DNA of 64,000 nt from Nitrosopumilaceae archaeon. Its GTDB lineage: Archaea > Thermoproteota > Nitrososphaeria > Nitrososphaerales > Nitrosopumilaceae. Positions within the stretch are counted from its first letter, which is position 1. The number at the start of each line of letters is the position of its first letter. Shown here one piece after another: positions 28,963 to 43,446 of the stretch. The notes beneath the pieces were generated by a model that searched no databases, was not told the DNA's origin, and was given only the letters and a program-made list of their open reading frames with translations. A program made the position numbers and the translations under genes. The DNA lies in the NCBI GenBank assembly GCA_965207375.1, contig CBDBMG010000002.1, positions 640,001 through 704,000 on the forward strand. Direction: 5' to 3'.

Positions 28963-29323
28963 GATGCTACTACCATGTGCAAGTGATAAATATGTACTAT
29001 GTATGTAGGTACAAGAGGATTCGGCTGTTCATTTTAAATTTAAAGCTGTATAATTTAGCTATCTCATACCTTCCAGTAGAGCTCGATTTTCAAGTATTAT
29101 TTGTGACATGACCGGTCAAGTTACCGATTTCAGCCACTAATATTTATAGCCAAAATCCGTGACTATGTTTAGCTATGTATTGTATTTTGCACATGTGTTG
29201 TACTAGGCTTTTCTAGTTAGAGCATACTCAATATATTACATAGTGTCAGAAGTTACCAACTTTTGGTCATAGAGTATTTAATGACTCTTTGTTAGCATAA
29301 AATCTTACAAAGTGCAGTGGCTA

Positions 29324-29537
29324 CCGTACAGCACAAAATTTTGATGGGGGAAATGTTGACGAATTTGACGAATTTCCAGCAATTCGTCAATATTTTCCCT
29401 ATCAAAATTTTCCGTTTATAGTTAGTTACTTATATGAAATGAATGAATAAAATGCATTTGTCAATTTTTTACTCGTCAAATTTTTCCTAACCCTGATTCG
29501 TCAAAATTTTCCACCATCAAAAATTTGTGCCGTACAG
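29324..29537. mobile_element. Tc1/mariner-type MITE
   Basis: TA|CCGTACAGCACAAAATTTTGATGG...CCATCAAAAATTTGTGCCGTACAG|TA. Confidence 0.8.
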
Positions 29538-30026
29538 TATTTCTCAATATTGATGCATGCTTATACGTACATATGTGAATATGTGAATTAATTTGCAAAA
29601 CACAGCAGTATGTTGAATAATGATCCATGAAGCTACGTATCTTAATCTAAGTAGCTACTGCTATGCATTCAAATTGCTACAGTGAATTGTCATCTGAATT
29701 TCATGGCATTGCAGGTTTCACTAGTTAGTAAATATCAATAGCATTCATTTACATATATGGGTAGTGAGTAGGGGTGGTAGCAGAGAGCCATAAAGTAGTG
29801 AGTTATAGCAACTGAGGCCCTTGTAAATAACTCCATGGTGGCTGCATTTAAAGCAAATAGGTGTCTAGCTAGCAATGGCAACAGTTCTAAGACATGGCCA
29901 CCCAATTGGTGCCCTCTATGAGTGTAGCTATGATGTTGTGCAATAAAATGTTTTGGTGCGAACATGGCTGGTTTTAGCAGAGCCATGCAGTATATAATTA
30001 TATATGCTTAGCAGTTTATATAATTG

Positions 30027-30810
<784 letters not shown>

Positions 30811-32524
30811 AAAATAGAAAAATAATTAATGGTGTTGCTGTTTTATATGCATTGCTATGTATATGATTTATAACATCCATGAAGTTTGTATCTCATTTGT
30901 AAATACAATGTCTGAGAACAGAGCGTTTACAAATCAGATACAATTGAATGATGTTACAACTGCTTTGTAGTATAGTTCGTGAGCGGTTCACAGACCCTCT
31001 AAGTAAGCTTCAGTAGAATGAAATCAGTTAGTGGCATACTAGGTGCATTACAGCTTTACATATCTTTAAATAATTTGGTGGTATAGTGATTAATAATAAT
31101 TTATTGTTTCCAAACACATGATATGTTAATTAATCAGCGAAAGCTATAATAACATTGATAGTATTCTGTTTCATTAACTTTGTTTTGGGGTCACAACAGT
31201 GTGTATCTTCTTGTTACACACCCCACATGTGAGGATTTTACATGTAACAGGTTTGCTACACTTTGGAGAGTAACTTATCTTTCATCATAGATAGTATATA
31301 CGTATATCATCATGATCAATAGTTCTACTCAGGCCCGGAGCTACTGATTTTTGGTAGGTATGGCCAGTCATCTTGAGCATGGACCGACGAAAATTTCAAA
31401 GTGGCTATGGCTAGCTCAGTAGCTAGCTAAGTTTCTCAAAACCATATATAGCTAGGTTATTATATATGGCTATAAATAGGCTACATGGTTGTGCAAATAG
31501 CTGGCTATACTGTATGAAATTCTATATAGGTTTTATGCAGCTAGACTTGAATTGAATTGCAAAAGCCTCATTATAGTTATAACTGTGCTTAGTTTAACAG
31601 CATATAAACACATAGCCATTCATAATTCACTGCATTAAAGTGATTGAATATATTAGAATACAATGCATTTTAATTACCTTTTATGGATAATTACATGCTT
31701 GATTGGTATAAACAATTGATTATTTTATGAGAAGTGGATGACAGTAAGCTTGCATGTTACTATGATAAACAGCTAACTATACAGATGCTGTGTGAATTTA
31801 TTCGAATACAACAGCATTTTATTGGTTGATCTATTATTAAAGCGGGCCCGTTTTTTCACTGAATAGTTTTCCCTGTATAACAATTACTGATACTATATTC
31901 CATCGTTAGATAACAGATGCATTACAGACTACAGGCATACGTGCATAATCCTCACTTGATTAATGGCATCTTGTAATTGAGTAATTCTGTCCGCCATCTT
32001 CAGGTAGGAGAACACCTTTACATTTTATTGCTACTTTTAACAACTCTGTATAATTAATTTTGAAAGAAATTTACCAATACGAATTATTAACGCTGAACCG
32101 TTGTGGGCGGGGCTTTGGATTTGCATTAAACGATTGTTCAAAAATCTCTAATACCTGAACCATTAGGTAAAAATTACCTTACATTTTATGGCTCCACAAT
32201 TCAACAGCTAACTTACATAAACTGTACTAAGTCTTTTGAAGACAACTGTGCATAAACAGTAGTAAATTCATCAATCTACGTGCTAGTAGCATTTTTTGAA
32301 ATTTAACATTATAAAGCCTTTTACAATAGCATGTTTAAAAGTTCCCTATTGCTCTATTATGCGCTCAATTTCGTGTTGCTGTGAAAGATGTAATTTTATA
32401 CCTTTACTATTATAGACTTGCATGTCTAACGGTAGAAATTGTTTTCCGCACGAATACGGCGCACGCTATTGTTTGCACCACGCGTTTCGTGAAAAATGGT
32501 AGAACAAGTTGTATGTAAAGTAAG

Positions 32525-35098
32525 ATGCCTCGAAAGAGAAAGAATAAGTGTTCACAAAAGTTTAGTGAACTTGCCCATCGTCGCTGGTCAAAAACTGTAG
32601 ACTCGACTGTAGATGACAGTAATAGTGTAACAGAGACCCAGAACCATGTGGCTGCTGTTGCTGGTGTTGTCGATGAAATAGAGGGAATAGAAACAACCAA
32701 TACTGGAGATGAACAAGTAGAGAGCAGTGTAAATATTATTTCTGGATATCTTACGACTGAGGACGATCAAGCTAGAACTGAAGGTTCAACAGAAAGCATT
32801 ACAGATTTGACAGCAGAGAACAGTGTTTGTGAGGATGTTGTGTTTTATGAAGAAAATGAAACTGAGAGTACGGTAACTGCAAATGAAGCAGAAATAGATC
32901 ATATTACAGGTGAAGCACAGAAAAGCATTGTTGCTAATTACTCAGAAATTTTCCAATTAGGTTACCACAAAGTTCAAGGCTATAATAGTGCTAAAGAAAA
33001 CGATAGTGATGATGATTCTTCGACCAGTACTGTATCCAGGGATAGTAGTTCAGAATACTGCCCTACCCCCATGAAGCGTGCTAAAGTTAACCCTATTGAG
33101 CTTGGAAACAGAGTTTTTGTATGTCAAACTACACAATTGGATGAATTTTTGAATCAGATAAATGCCACATCTTTATGTTACACCCCAAATTGTGTAGGGA
33201 AACTTGTTCCTATAAGTATCAAGCATGTAGGATTGGGAGGAAGTTTATTGGTAAAGTTTTCTTGCACGGGTTGCAGTGAACGGATGCTTAATTTAACAAG
33301 TTCCATTGAAATTGAGTTTTCTAAACGCACTGTATGCAGTCTTGCCATGCAGGTTGCCTTCATTGCTGCTGGTTGTATGCATGCACAATATAGCAAAGTT
33401 TTAAAGCAAAATATGGGAATATCTGCAGTCAATTCTACCACGTTTTATGAAACCATCAAGCTATTAGACCCAATTGTTGCTACACTACTTACAGAAATGT
33501 GCACTGCTGCTCAAGATGAAATGAAAGCACTAGATTCATCCACAGTTGGAAGTTGGCAGAGAGCTATAACCACTTCAGATGGTGCGTGGTTGACCAGGGG
33601 AAGGTTCAGTCAAAACTGCACATTTACCATTAGAAATTACATAAATAATTCCTTGTTATACTTTGTCCATCTCTCTATGAGGGGAGCAGATAAAGATAAA
33701 CTCTATCATGGAACATCAAAAGGTGCAGAAGGTTTTGCTGCTAGTATAGCATTTAAAGCTGCCAAAGAAGAAGGAATGCATATAGAGGTTCAGTGGCAGG
33801 ATGGGGACTCTTCCTCTGCCAAATCATTTCAAGAACATTATTCAGATGAGGAAAGATCAAAGGTCATGTTATGTGGTGGCCATGTAGCTAGGGCTCACAC
33901 AAAGCAACTAACTGAGCTTGCAAGACAAAAGTCATTTTCAGCGGCCAATCAAGACAAGTATAAGAAGAAGTTTCCTGCTGTAACCACTGTGAAATGTCAC
34001 TGCCCTAAAAGACACCATAAGAAATGTGGCTGCATTTCTAAAGCCTTTTTACGTGCAGCAAGGACAAATTTTTTTTACTGCTTACTTCAAGCAGGAACGG
34101 ATCCTAAGGCTTTTGAATCTAATTTGAATGTCTTGGGAACATACCATGCATGTGATATTCACTCCTGGGAAGATGGGAAATGTGGCTTTCACCCCCAGAA
34201 GAGTTGTTCCTGTGGTAAGTGTGAGGATGAACTTGCTTGTGAAGGTGAGGATTACCATACTAAAAATCCACTGACCTGTCCATTTCATAAGTTAGCTTAT
34301 CAAATAGAATGTTCCAATAGAGCATCTCAGGCATCACAAATTATACATAAAGAGTTGGGTCGTGGTCATTCCAACTACCCTGAAGCTTCGCGTAATGTTT
34401 TAACAAGATTCCGAGCAAAAGACAAGTATTTACAAAGGATTCATTATACAGTGAGCACTAACATGGGTCTACTTCAGTCCAATATGACATGGCTTACGAA
34501 AAACAGGGGATTGTCATATCATTGGCTTTTGGATTTGTTCAAGAGACTAAATTTGCCAATTTTTGATGGAATGGCTGAGGGATTGAAGAAGGCAAATGAA
34601 ATACGGGAAAAAAATCTTAACAAAAAGCAGAGTGATTCAGCCAAAGAAAAAAGGACAAATTGGAAAAAAGCAAGAGCTCAAGAATATCAAGAAAGGAAAC
34701 AGTGGATGAAAAGGCAAACTGTGTACCACACATATGGCACTGATGATGATGAGGATGATGATGAAATGAGTGATGAAGAGGGTACTACTACTACTACTAC
34801 TAGGCGTGCTACAGCACAACGTGCTACAGCTAGTGGCACTCGGGGATGTAAATGCGGGTCTTATCAACATCGGTATACTAGTCACCGCTTGTGCCCTCTG
34901 AATAAGAAAAAACAAGCATCAGTTAGACATGAAAGTGACACTACATCAAACAAAGTTTCTAGCAGCAGCGATACTGAAGAAGAAATAGCCCAATTGTTTT
35001 GTGACTGTGGTGACAGAGCAACCCATAGCCGTTCATGTCCTCTCAATCCAAGGAACTACAATGTCCGCAATCATGGAAAAAGTAATGATATATATTGA
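32525..35098 (+). CDS. Intact 857-aa Mutator-like transposase (PF20700-type) with C-terminal zinc knuckles
   Basis: TSDGAWLTRG, GTSKGAEG, QDGDSS, LCGGHVAR and HSNYPEAS parallel the DGxWxxRG / GSSxxME / DGDS / CxxH / NxxES motifs. C-terminal CKCGS..H...C and CDCG...H...C. Confidence 0.8.
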   Translation: MPRKRKNKCSQKFSELAHRRWSKTVDSTVDDSNSVTETQNHVAAVAGVVDEIEGIETTNTGDEQVESSVNIISGYLTTEDDQARTEGSTESITDLTAENSVCEDVVFYEENETESTVTANEAEIDHITGEAQKSIVANYSEIFQLGYHKVQGYNSAKENDSDDDSSTSTVSRDSSSEYCPTPMKRAKVNPIELGNRVFVCQTTQLDEFLNQINATSLCYTPNCVGKLVPISIKHVGLGGSLLVKFSCTGCSERMLNLTSSIEIEFSKRTVCSLAMQVAFIAAGCMHAQYSKVLKQNMGISAVNSTTFYETIKLLDPIVATLLTEMCTAAQDEMKALDSSTVGSWQRAITTSDGAWLTRGRFSQNCTFTIRNYINNSLLYFVHLSMRGADKDKLYHGTSKGAEGFAASIAFKAAKEEGMHIEVQWQDGDSSSAKSFQEHYSDEERSKVMLCGGHVARAHTKQLTELARQKSFSAANQDKYKKKFPAVTTVKCHCPKRHHKKCGCISKAFLRAARTNFFYCLLQAGTDPKAFESNLNVLGTYHACDIHSWEDGKCGFHPQKSCSCGKCEDELACEGEDYHTKNPLTCPFHKLAYQIECSNRASQASQIIHKELGRGHSNYPEASRNVLTRFRAKDKYLQRIHYTVSTNMGLLQSNMTWLTKNRGLSYHWLLDLFKRLNLPIFDGMAEGLKKANEIREKNLNKKQSDSAKEKRTNWKKARAQEYQERKQWMKRQTVYHTYGTDDDEDDDEMSDEEGTTTTTTRRATAQRATASGTRGCKCGSYQHRYTSHRLCPLNKKKQASVRHESDTTSNKVSSSSDTEEEIAQLFCDCGDRATHSRSCPLNPRNYNVRNHGKSNDIY

Positions 35099-35251
35099 TT
35101 TGCATGCCAGCTGATCTAACTTGTGATTTATCTTCATTGTAACGATAATCAATCAATATAATTAGCTAGTGATCGACTCGTGTTTATAACTTTCACATGT
35201 AATTACATGATTTTTTTGTTTATAAATTTCATGAAATTGCTGTACAATATC

Positions 35252-35464
35252 CGGGGGGTCTGTCACGGATAGGAATCTCGTACGCCTTTTTGAGATTCTG
35301 GAATCTGGAATCTTACCTTGGCAGAAAAATTCTGTATACCTTTGAATATTTTAGGATTTTATATTTCAATTACCATGAAATCTTATTTGGAATCTGGAAT
35401 CTTTGTCAAAAAACTGTGGGATTCGGAATCTCGTACAGAAATTTAGTTGGTGTCCGACCCCTCG
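35252..35464. mobile_element. Small MITE with 8-bp TSD
   Basis: TSD ACAATATC, imperfect 15-bp TIRs CGGGGGGTCTGTCAC / GTGTCCGACCCCTCG, internal GGAATCT repeats. Confidence 0.75.
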
Positions 35465-37570
35465 ACAATATCATAAATACATATGTATTAAAAATGTTTA
35501 GCACATGCATGGGTATTAGCTACTGATGCATAAATGAGTCCTGCTTCTGTTCTAGTTAAAAAATGCATAACTCCTCGTATTTCAAGTGGTGCTACATAAT
35601 GGTGTGCATTAATTAAAATGGTGCAAACAAACACACACATTTAGGTGCTTACCATCATTACAGTGAAGAATTAGTGGTGGAAAATTACTCTGGAAGCTCC
35701 ATGGACTACACATACGTTCATTCACTCGTTTCCGTGTGCGATAAATATTGCTCACGTGATAAAAATCAAACGCTTCTATTTCTAATTTGCATTAGTAATT
35801 TGCAAGTATCTACTGGCGCTTACATTGCTAAAGTGATTTTAAAGTGAGAGACATCTGTGTTTTGTATTTTTAAACTGTTGATTTTTCAAGTGTGTTACTA
35901 CCTCATATTCACAAAGCAATTACGTGAGTTATTGCACAGCCACGTGTTTAACAAGGTCGAGGCATAGATTATTTAGACTACGTAACCGGGATTAAAAACG
36001 ATTCACGTGAGACCATTGGTACAGTACATTTTGTTGCGAGCGCGGTTGCGAGCTATCAGCGTTGCAAATTTCTAAAAGATACCATTGACCTGTTCATGTA
36101 GTTGCACTATTGCTTGCCCACAGTGCCATGCATTTCACCTAGTATGAAGACATATGCATCAACTAATTATGCCTCCACTAGTGGAATTTTGTAAATTGAT
36201 TTAGCATACTAGGAATGTATACCGAGTAATTGGGGTGAGCCTTAGTGAGCCCCACCATGTGGAATCTACAGTGAAATCTGTCTTCTTGCTTACTTGACAC
36301 ATCATCCCTTATATGACTATAAACCGTTAAGTGCAAACCAATGCTACATAGCTACATGGAGTGCTAATCAACATTACATCAAACACCTGGAGTGCTATAA
36401 TAATAAATTATAACCATAGCATGGGTATATACCATTCAAGTGCTAACCATAAATATTATTATTAACCACAATGTATGAATAAAACTTTCTAATCAAGGAC
36501 ATAAAAAGTTTAGTGCTGTTAGGATTCTGACTACTAGATGAAAAAACACTACACTTTGTTGAAAGAGCCTCACACACATGTATCACTGTAATTGCTTTAC
36601 TGTTTAGCTATATCCCAGCTTTCATGACATACCAGTGGTAATAGGCCTGCGTTGATTCTGCCAGTAGCATAATAGCTAGGTGTGCTAAAGCATCAAGCAT
36701 AATGCCAGCATAGTAGATAAAATTTAAGGCACAAACTGCATAAGTAAAACCAACTCATGCCATTTGTACAGTCTAAAAACTATAGAATACACTCACCCAT
36801 TGCCATTCAACACTTCACAGCAGCAGAAATTAGCTTCTACATCTAGTGGCAATGTGTTTGGCACCACTAAAAAAGCTTTTATACGACAGCCACATGGCGG
36901 ATTAGAATTTATACTGCGTGTAGAGGTAACTGGAGATACATAAACAAGTGAACTTTATAGAAATACATATTAAGCTGTGTATTAATAGCACAATTGATTG
37001 TGGAACAGCATAAAATCTAGCATGATAGGTGCAAAATCCAGAAAGCATAATAGACACAGCTCTAGCACTGGGTAAGCTATAGGTATAAAAATTTGCAGAC
37101 TAAGCATAGAACTACCTATAATTGATGTAAAATTTCTAACTCACAAGGGAAGTTACCGATTGGATGTGCAGATAAGACCTGTTTTTGCAGACTTAGTCAT
37201 AATATTATGGTAAATTTTTCGAATTTCAATTTAGGGATAGTACATCAATACTCTCTAATTGTGCAGTCACCAATCATTTTGTGGCTGCACTATTGAAGAG
37301 TATCAATTTTTATATAACTTTTGTAGAATTAGTGTTTTGCTATAACTCATACTGAATCTATCATAAAACTAGTTTGATTTACGTAGTGTATCACTAATAT
37401 TACTTTGCTTAAGGTAACACCATGAGTACATAATTATATTATGTGCTCTTGGTAACACTACTGCCTTAACATGATCAAAAATATTTGCTTTTGACACACA
37501 CTATTTAGCACAAAATTTGTTGACATGCATTAATAGTCACAGGAATGTACATGTGTCTGATGTTGTGTAG

Positions 37571-37800
37571 GAACAACAGTACTACTTGGGGTGATGGCAG
37601 ATGTGTTTCTGACTGGTAAAATGTCACATCATGAGGTGTTGGATGCAACATCACAAGGAACATCAGTGATCCTGTGTGAACATAGCAACACTGAAAGGGG
37701 ATACCTGACCATAATGAAACACAAACTCCAGCATGTACTTGGAAAAGAAATCAAAATTTCTGTACCTGATGTGGACCATGACCCTCTTGTCACTGTATAA
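37571..37800 (+). CDS. NIF3L1: NIF3L1 (NIF3/YbgI family) terminal exon
   Basis: After acceptor tgtag: ADVFLTGKMSHHEVLDATSQGTSVILCEHSNTERGYL...DHDPL. Upstream exons not recognised. Confidence 0.85.
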
Positions 37801-37859
37801 CTGATACAATTGATTTATTTATATATTATACACATATCATAAGAACACTTGATGATACT

Positions 37860-38126
37860 TCATTTATAGTCCATATCATTTTCTTCTGCTATGCGACTGT
37901 ATTTTTCAAGCTCCACCATCAAATCCCTTATAGTATTCCTGGTGATGACTATGTCTATTAAATAACATCACTTTACCATTTCTTCTATTAAAATATTCCT
38001 TACTTTTTCGTAATCGTTCACTGGAGGATTTATTGTTAGTATAGGCTGGTTTGACATCTCGACCAACTTCAGCGATGTTAGCAAGCAAGTTATTGTACTT
38101 GACAGCAAAATATGCATCTCCAGAGG
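37860..38126 (-). CDS. CDK2AP1: CDK2AP1/DOC-1-like protein, last two exons
   Basis: Exon 38004-38126 (KYNNLLANIAEVGRDVKPAYTNNKSSSERLRK), a 49-nt GT-AG intron, then exon 37860-37954 (NIVITRNTIRDLMVELEK). This matches the CDK2AP C-terminal motif. Confidence 0.75.
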
Positions 38127-38430
38127 CTAACAAGATTATAACAGTAAAATTACAAGATGCAAACTATTATAGTTTAATTCAGTAAGTAATGAGTACAGAA
38201 TTTTAAGTAGTACAGTATTTTAAGTTATATACGTACCATGGGCAGGGGTGATTTGCCTGACATGTATGCACGAACACAAGGGTGCCACACCGCCCAAGGG
38301 CGGGTGCGGACATATCAGGTACATATGTTATGTAACACTCTCAGGACTCTAAAAATCGCCCAAACCAGCTAGCATTGGTCTTTTATATAGACTTATGATT
38401 GTGGTTTTTATATTTGGACATAGTCATGAC

Positions 38431-38822
38431 TAGTGCTGTGCACTTTAACCAAATAACCGATTAATCGATCGGTTATTTTCAAATTCCAATAACCGATATT
38501 GCATGTTAAATAACCGATTAATCAGCTTCTAATTATTTCACTTTAATATATTAGATATTTGAGTAAGACACACCAATTTGACACATTAATTACCCAGACT
38601 TTATGATGTACGAGTGAATGTTGTCTCCAGCATGTATATTTATCATTATGGTGAATGTACACCTATGTAATTATATGATAGCTGACACTCAAAATCTGTA
38701 AAGTTTACTCCTCATTTTCCTTGTTAGCAACAATGAATATCACTGGTGCCAATTAACCGATAATCGCCAATTATTTATGGCCAATTAATTGGTGATGAAA
38801 TTTTTGCAGGTGCACAGCTCTA
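38431..38822. mobile_element. hAT-type MITE
   Basis: TAGTGCTGTGCAC...GTGCACAGCTCTA, degraded 8-bp TSD, AACCGAT subterminal repeats. Confidence 0.7.
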
Positions 38823-39269
38823 GTTGTGATGTCTATTTACACAAAGTGACAGTATTTTTTATTGTGAGTTTGTATTAATCAGCAATGTGGCAATTTTCTA
38901 GCCAAGAATTAGTGTTTAGGAACAGTGAGTAGACTACAATTACTACAATAAATATCCTAATAGATACAATAAATAATCCTAATGGTGGTATTAGAACGAT
39001 TTTTGTGTGTATAGGATGTAAACACAAAATTATAATACAAGATTATCATGCAAGTGACTCACCTAAGATTGCTAGTAAATCTTTGTAGATGTTTAGAATG
39101 ATTACTAATTAATACATTATTTTACTTTTACAGGTCCTGCTAGGCTGCCTTAGGCAATACAGTGTACATTTTATCAAATGTTTAAAAGAAACAAAACTTA
39201 CAATCACATTAACAACTTCACATAAATTTGAGTGGCATATTACTTAGCCTGTTCATATGGAAGATGATC

Positions 39270-39460
39270 CTTAAGAGATGGGAGGTTGTCATGTAAGAAA
39301 GATGTAATGACATTTCCTGCACAGCTGAATAGTCTTTCAGGTGGAACAGACGTTGCCACCACCCCTAAATATTTTAGTGACAAGTTGGTATAAGAGTGCT
39401 CATGCTTATTCCACCACTCCAGTGGCTTTCCTAATACTGACTCAGTTTTGTAACAGCTTA
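39270..39460 (-). mobile_element. hAT transposase C-terminal dimerisation fragment
   Basis: KPLEWWNKHEHSYTNL..KYLGVVATSVPPERLFSCAGNVIT. Confidence 0.85.
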
Positions 39461-39869
39461 ATTCTCAATCTTTCATGATATGAGTATTGTGATGAGTTTA
39501 ATGGCCCTCCTTTGTATCTTCTCAATGATCTTTTTAAAATGAATGTTTTGTCAATGACTAATTGATTATTGTTGCATTATGCTTATGAATGTCCAGAATT
39601 ATGCACATAAAGTCTAGAATTACTAAAATTGCTACCTAGCTATATTATTCTCAAAACATGGTATTGATGTCTGACATTCCAAGTCTATACCGGTACCCAA
39701 CAACTAGCTTTAAGTCAATAAGTTGTTTTAGAATCTATCATAAAAGAAAAGATTATATTTTATTTTGATACTAACCAGCCACTTGCTTTTTGAGCTACAA
39801 CATAGTTTTCATTTCAGGATGTCATGTATTACACAATTGTGGAATGTTCCATTGGTCTAAGTTTTTGGA

Positions 39870-40150
39870 TAATGGTTATAGGGCATTTGATTGTGTTCTG
39901 CATCAGCTCCTACTATCTAAGTTGAAGAAAGCCTGCGGTATTCCTGGTAATGCCTTGTAATGAGTCAAGGACTTCTTATCAAAAAGATAACAAAGAGTAA
40001 ATATTAATGGTTCATATTCTGATTGGTACAACATTACAAGTGGCGTTCCACAGGGAGTGTGCTTGGGTCTCTCCTCTTTATTGTCTACATCTATGATTTA
40101 GCTATCGTGAAGTTAATATTACCATCTTTGCCAATGACACCAAGTTATAG
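39870..40150 (+). mobile_element. Degraded LINE RT fragment
   Basis: AFD..H, SGVPQGSVLGSLLFIVYIYDL, FANDT. Confidence 0.8.
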
Positions 40151-41095
40151 ACCTATCATCACTGCAGACAATAGTAATATTTTTAAACCAGGAGAGCAAA
40201 GGACATGTCTGGCAGCAGTAGTACATCCGTATGGCCCTATATATTATCTTAAGCTATGTAAACATAGAAAGGAGAGCTGGTATTTGTGTCAAGAAATTGC
40301 ATGAGTGTAAATATAAATATTGTAGAATTGTATTGGTGTTCTATGGTTTTAATACAGCAACGTTGATATGTGCAGTTAAGCATAGTAACCTCAATGATGG
40401 GAGGACTTTAACTTGTGCATTGTGAGATACTGATACGTAGTTATATTTGTTGCCATGATAATTTTGTTGCTATGGTAGAAATTTATCATGGTAAAATACT
40501 GTAGGAATACAAGTATTTAGCATACATATTTGTGGGTCTATACATTTTGTTACCATGGTAATGGTGCTATCCATATGAATTGTATTCTGGAGCACATGTA
40601 TACAGTGGTACTATACGTGACCATCTAACCTTTACAAATTATATCCATACTAGAATTACTGGTAAACGTGCACATGAACTGTCCTGCAGTGCTACTGCAG
40701 CTCCCATTAGCATAGCAGATATATCCTCATAATACTCTTTCAGATTGGACGTTCCTCACGATAATCCACACTTTACAAAATGTGCAGATATATAAAATTT
40801 AACTCTTCAGAAATTCTGTCTAGAGTATATTTAAGAGTCTTTTGTTTCTTAGAGAATTTCATGCTAACTACACAGTATTGTAATATTAAGTCACCTTGTG
40901 ATACCTTGGATTATTTAATTTATGCAGGTTGAATACTGCACTTAGTCAGTCTGCAACGGCTACCCTGATCAGAGTGCAACTGCTCTGGGGTAGAGAAGCG
41001 ACAAAATAGCTCATCCACTAGTTTCTGTGCAACCGTAGTAGCCTCTTGGTTTTGGATTGCGTATGCCTCCATCCATCTGGTAAAATAGTCACCAA

Positions 41096-42480
41096 CTACC
41101 AGTATATAAGAGTTCTTAAGTTCTTATTCTCTGTCTCAGAAAGTGGGCCCATGATGTCCAATGCAACTATTTCCATAGGATATCCAGCCTTTATGGTCCC
41201 AAGTGGTGCCCTTCTTTTTGGTGTAGGGGTCTTTGTAGTTGCACAACTAGGACATGCTTGACAAAAGTTCTTTACATCTCTGTATTGACCAGGCCAGTAA
41301 AATCTCTCTTTCAACTGTGCAATGGTCTTATCTTCCCCTAAATGTCCTCCTACAATCCCAGTATGTAGTTCCTTAAGGACTTCTTCTTGTAGTACCTGGG
41401 GTACAACTAGCTGTAGGAATCTTGACACACCCTCCGGATCTTCAAATTGTCTCCAGAGAACCCCATCCTTCACTACTAGTTGTTTTCTCTGCTGAAGAAG
41501 ACGACGACTCGACGAGTATGAGGGGCTGATTTCTGGTGTTGTTGTCATCTAAGGGCTCATCTAGTTCTAGGCATCTTAGTACTGGTCCAATGCATGGATC
41601 ATGCAACTGTAGATCTCTCAGATCACCAAGTAACTTTCCCACCAGAGTAGAAACATGCCCACTAATTGTGCTGACCTGGGCAGACTCCTCTTGTCCTCCT
41701 GACCCATGCTGTTCTCTCCCACACTGATCTTAGATAAAGCATCAGCATTTCCATGTCTTTGCCCGGGACGGTGCACAATGGTAAAGTCAAATTCCTGCAA
41801 CTTCTCTAACCAGCGAGCTAGCTGGCCTTCTGGCTCTCTAAAATTCTTCAACCATGATAATGATCCATGGTCTGTCCTGTCTTCCTAACAGGTATGGACA
41901 AAAATGCTGGAGGAAGTATACAACAGCTAGCAATTCACGGCGGGTGACACAATATCTCCTCTCAGCTTTACTCAACTCCCATAAGCAATGACATGTTCCT
42001 TTCCATCATCTTGGACCTGTGATAAAACTGCCCCAATGCCGACATTACTAGCATCTGTGTCCAAGAGAAACGGCCTCTGATAATCTGGGAAGGCCAATAT
42101 CGGGGCAGATATCAGCTGTTGTCTCAAGGATTCAAAAGTATGTCGGCATTCTGGTGTCCATTTAAATGTGGCATTCTTTTGAGTGAATCGGTGGAGTGGC
42201 TTTGCTATGGTGGAAAAACTCTTAATAAATTTACGGTAATAGCTCACCAATCCAAGGAACTGTCGCACTTCCTGCTGAGAAGTTGGCTCTGGCCAAGCAG
42301 CTACCTTACAGGTCTTCTGTGGATCAGCGGCTACACCATCCTCAGATAAAATATGCCTTAAGAAGGTCACTTGTTGCTGTCCAAACTGGCATTTCGCAGG
42401 GTGTAGTTTGAGCCCTGCTTGCCGGAGGCGGTCTAAAATGGTCCTCAAGTTCATTAAGTGTTCTCCAAATGTCTTTCCTG
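41096..42480 (-). mobile_element. Ty3/Gypsy pol fragment (RT end, RNase H, integrase Zn finger)
   Basis: FLGLVSYYRKFI, LDTDASNVGIGAVLSQ, ARWLEKLQEFDF, GGHLGEDKT..WPG..CPSC, LDIMGPL, with frameshifts. Confidence 0.95.
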
Positions 42481-43446
42481 TACAAATACACAAATACAAA
42501 TAGCCATATAAAGTTCATAAACGTTAGCTACACAAAACCAAAGGCTATACATAACTACTGGGCACAAAAAGCGAAGATGCATGAGAGTTAAGGCCTTTGC
42601 ATGGACACAGCAATAAATTGCCAAGTTTTCCCCACATTCCAGCAGGCAGCAGTTGCTGAGACTAACTCAGCTGTACAGAAAAATTTTTGGATACCGAAGC
42701 AAGCACCCATTGCATCAATGCTTCCTACACTGCTGCACTAACTACGTACAACATAACTACGTACTATGACTAACTAAGTAGCTACAGCCACTTAAGTAAT
42801 TGACTAAATAATTAAACAACTAACTGGCCACTGATCATACTAACCAAGTTAAACCAACACAAACAAACCAATTAACTAACCAGCTAACTAATATGTACGT
42901 ATGTATGCACCCATAATGCGTTCAATGCCCCTGGACTCTAAGGTGGATTCAGTAGCTATAGGTATGTAATTGGTATGCTAATTAAATTGTAGAACAATAG
43001 TTACACTATCATCTTGACTTGAACATTAATGATAACCATTGAAATAAAATTGTAAATCACTTGAACAAGACTGACGAGACTAGTTTGCATGTAGTTTGTT
43101 ACCATGCAAGCAAGTGGGTACCTTAAGTGTTGTGGTAACATGAGGTAGCTACAATTGTTTATGTTGTGAAGAATATGTATAGCTACCACATGATTGATGT
43201 TTTACATGATTTAGCTACCATGCATGTGTAGCTATATATTAAATAGGAATGAGCACACCATGCTGAAATAATAGGAACCTCAAAGCATAAAAATAATTCC
43301 TGAAAATTTGCAGGCCAGAATAACACAAATGACAAAGTCTAACCATGAAACAAGCTTCCAGCCAGAGAGAGATGCTGCATGCATGTGGACTGCTATATTA
43401 GAGTTTTTGGAGTTCATGCTGATTTTGTATTTGCAGTGTATATATA

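Noticed and set aside
32410-34915. Antisense ORFs within the transposase (and within the CRE and Gypsy ORFs)
   Set aside because: Shadow frames of real coding sequence.
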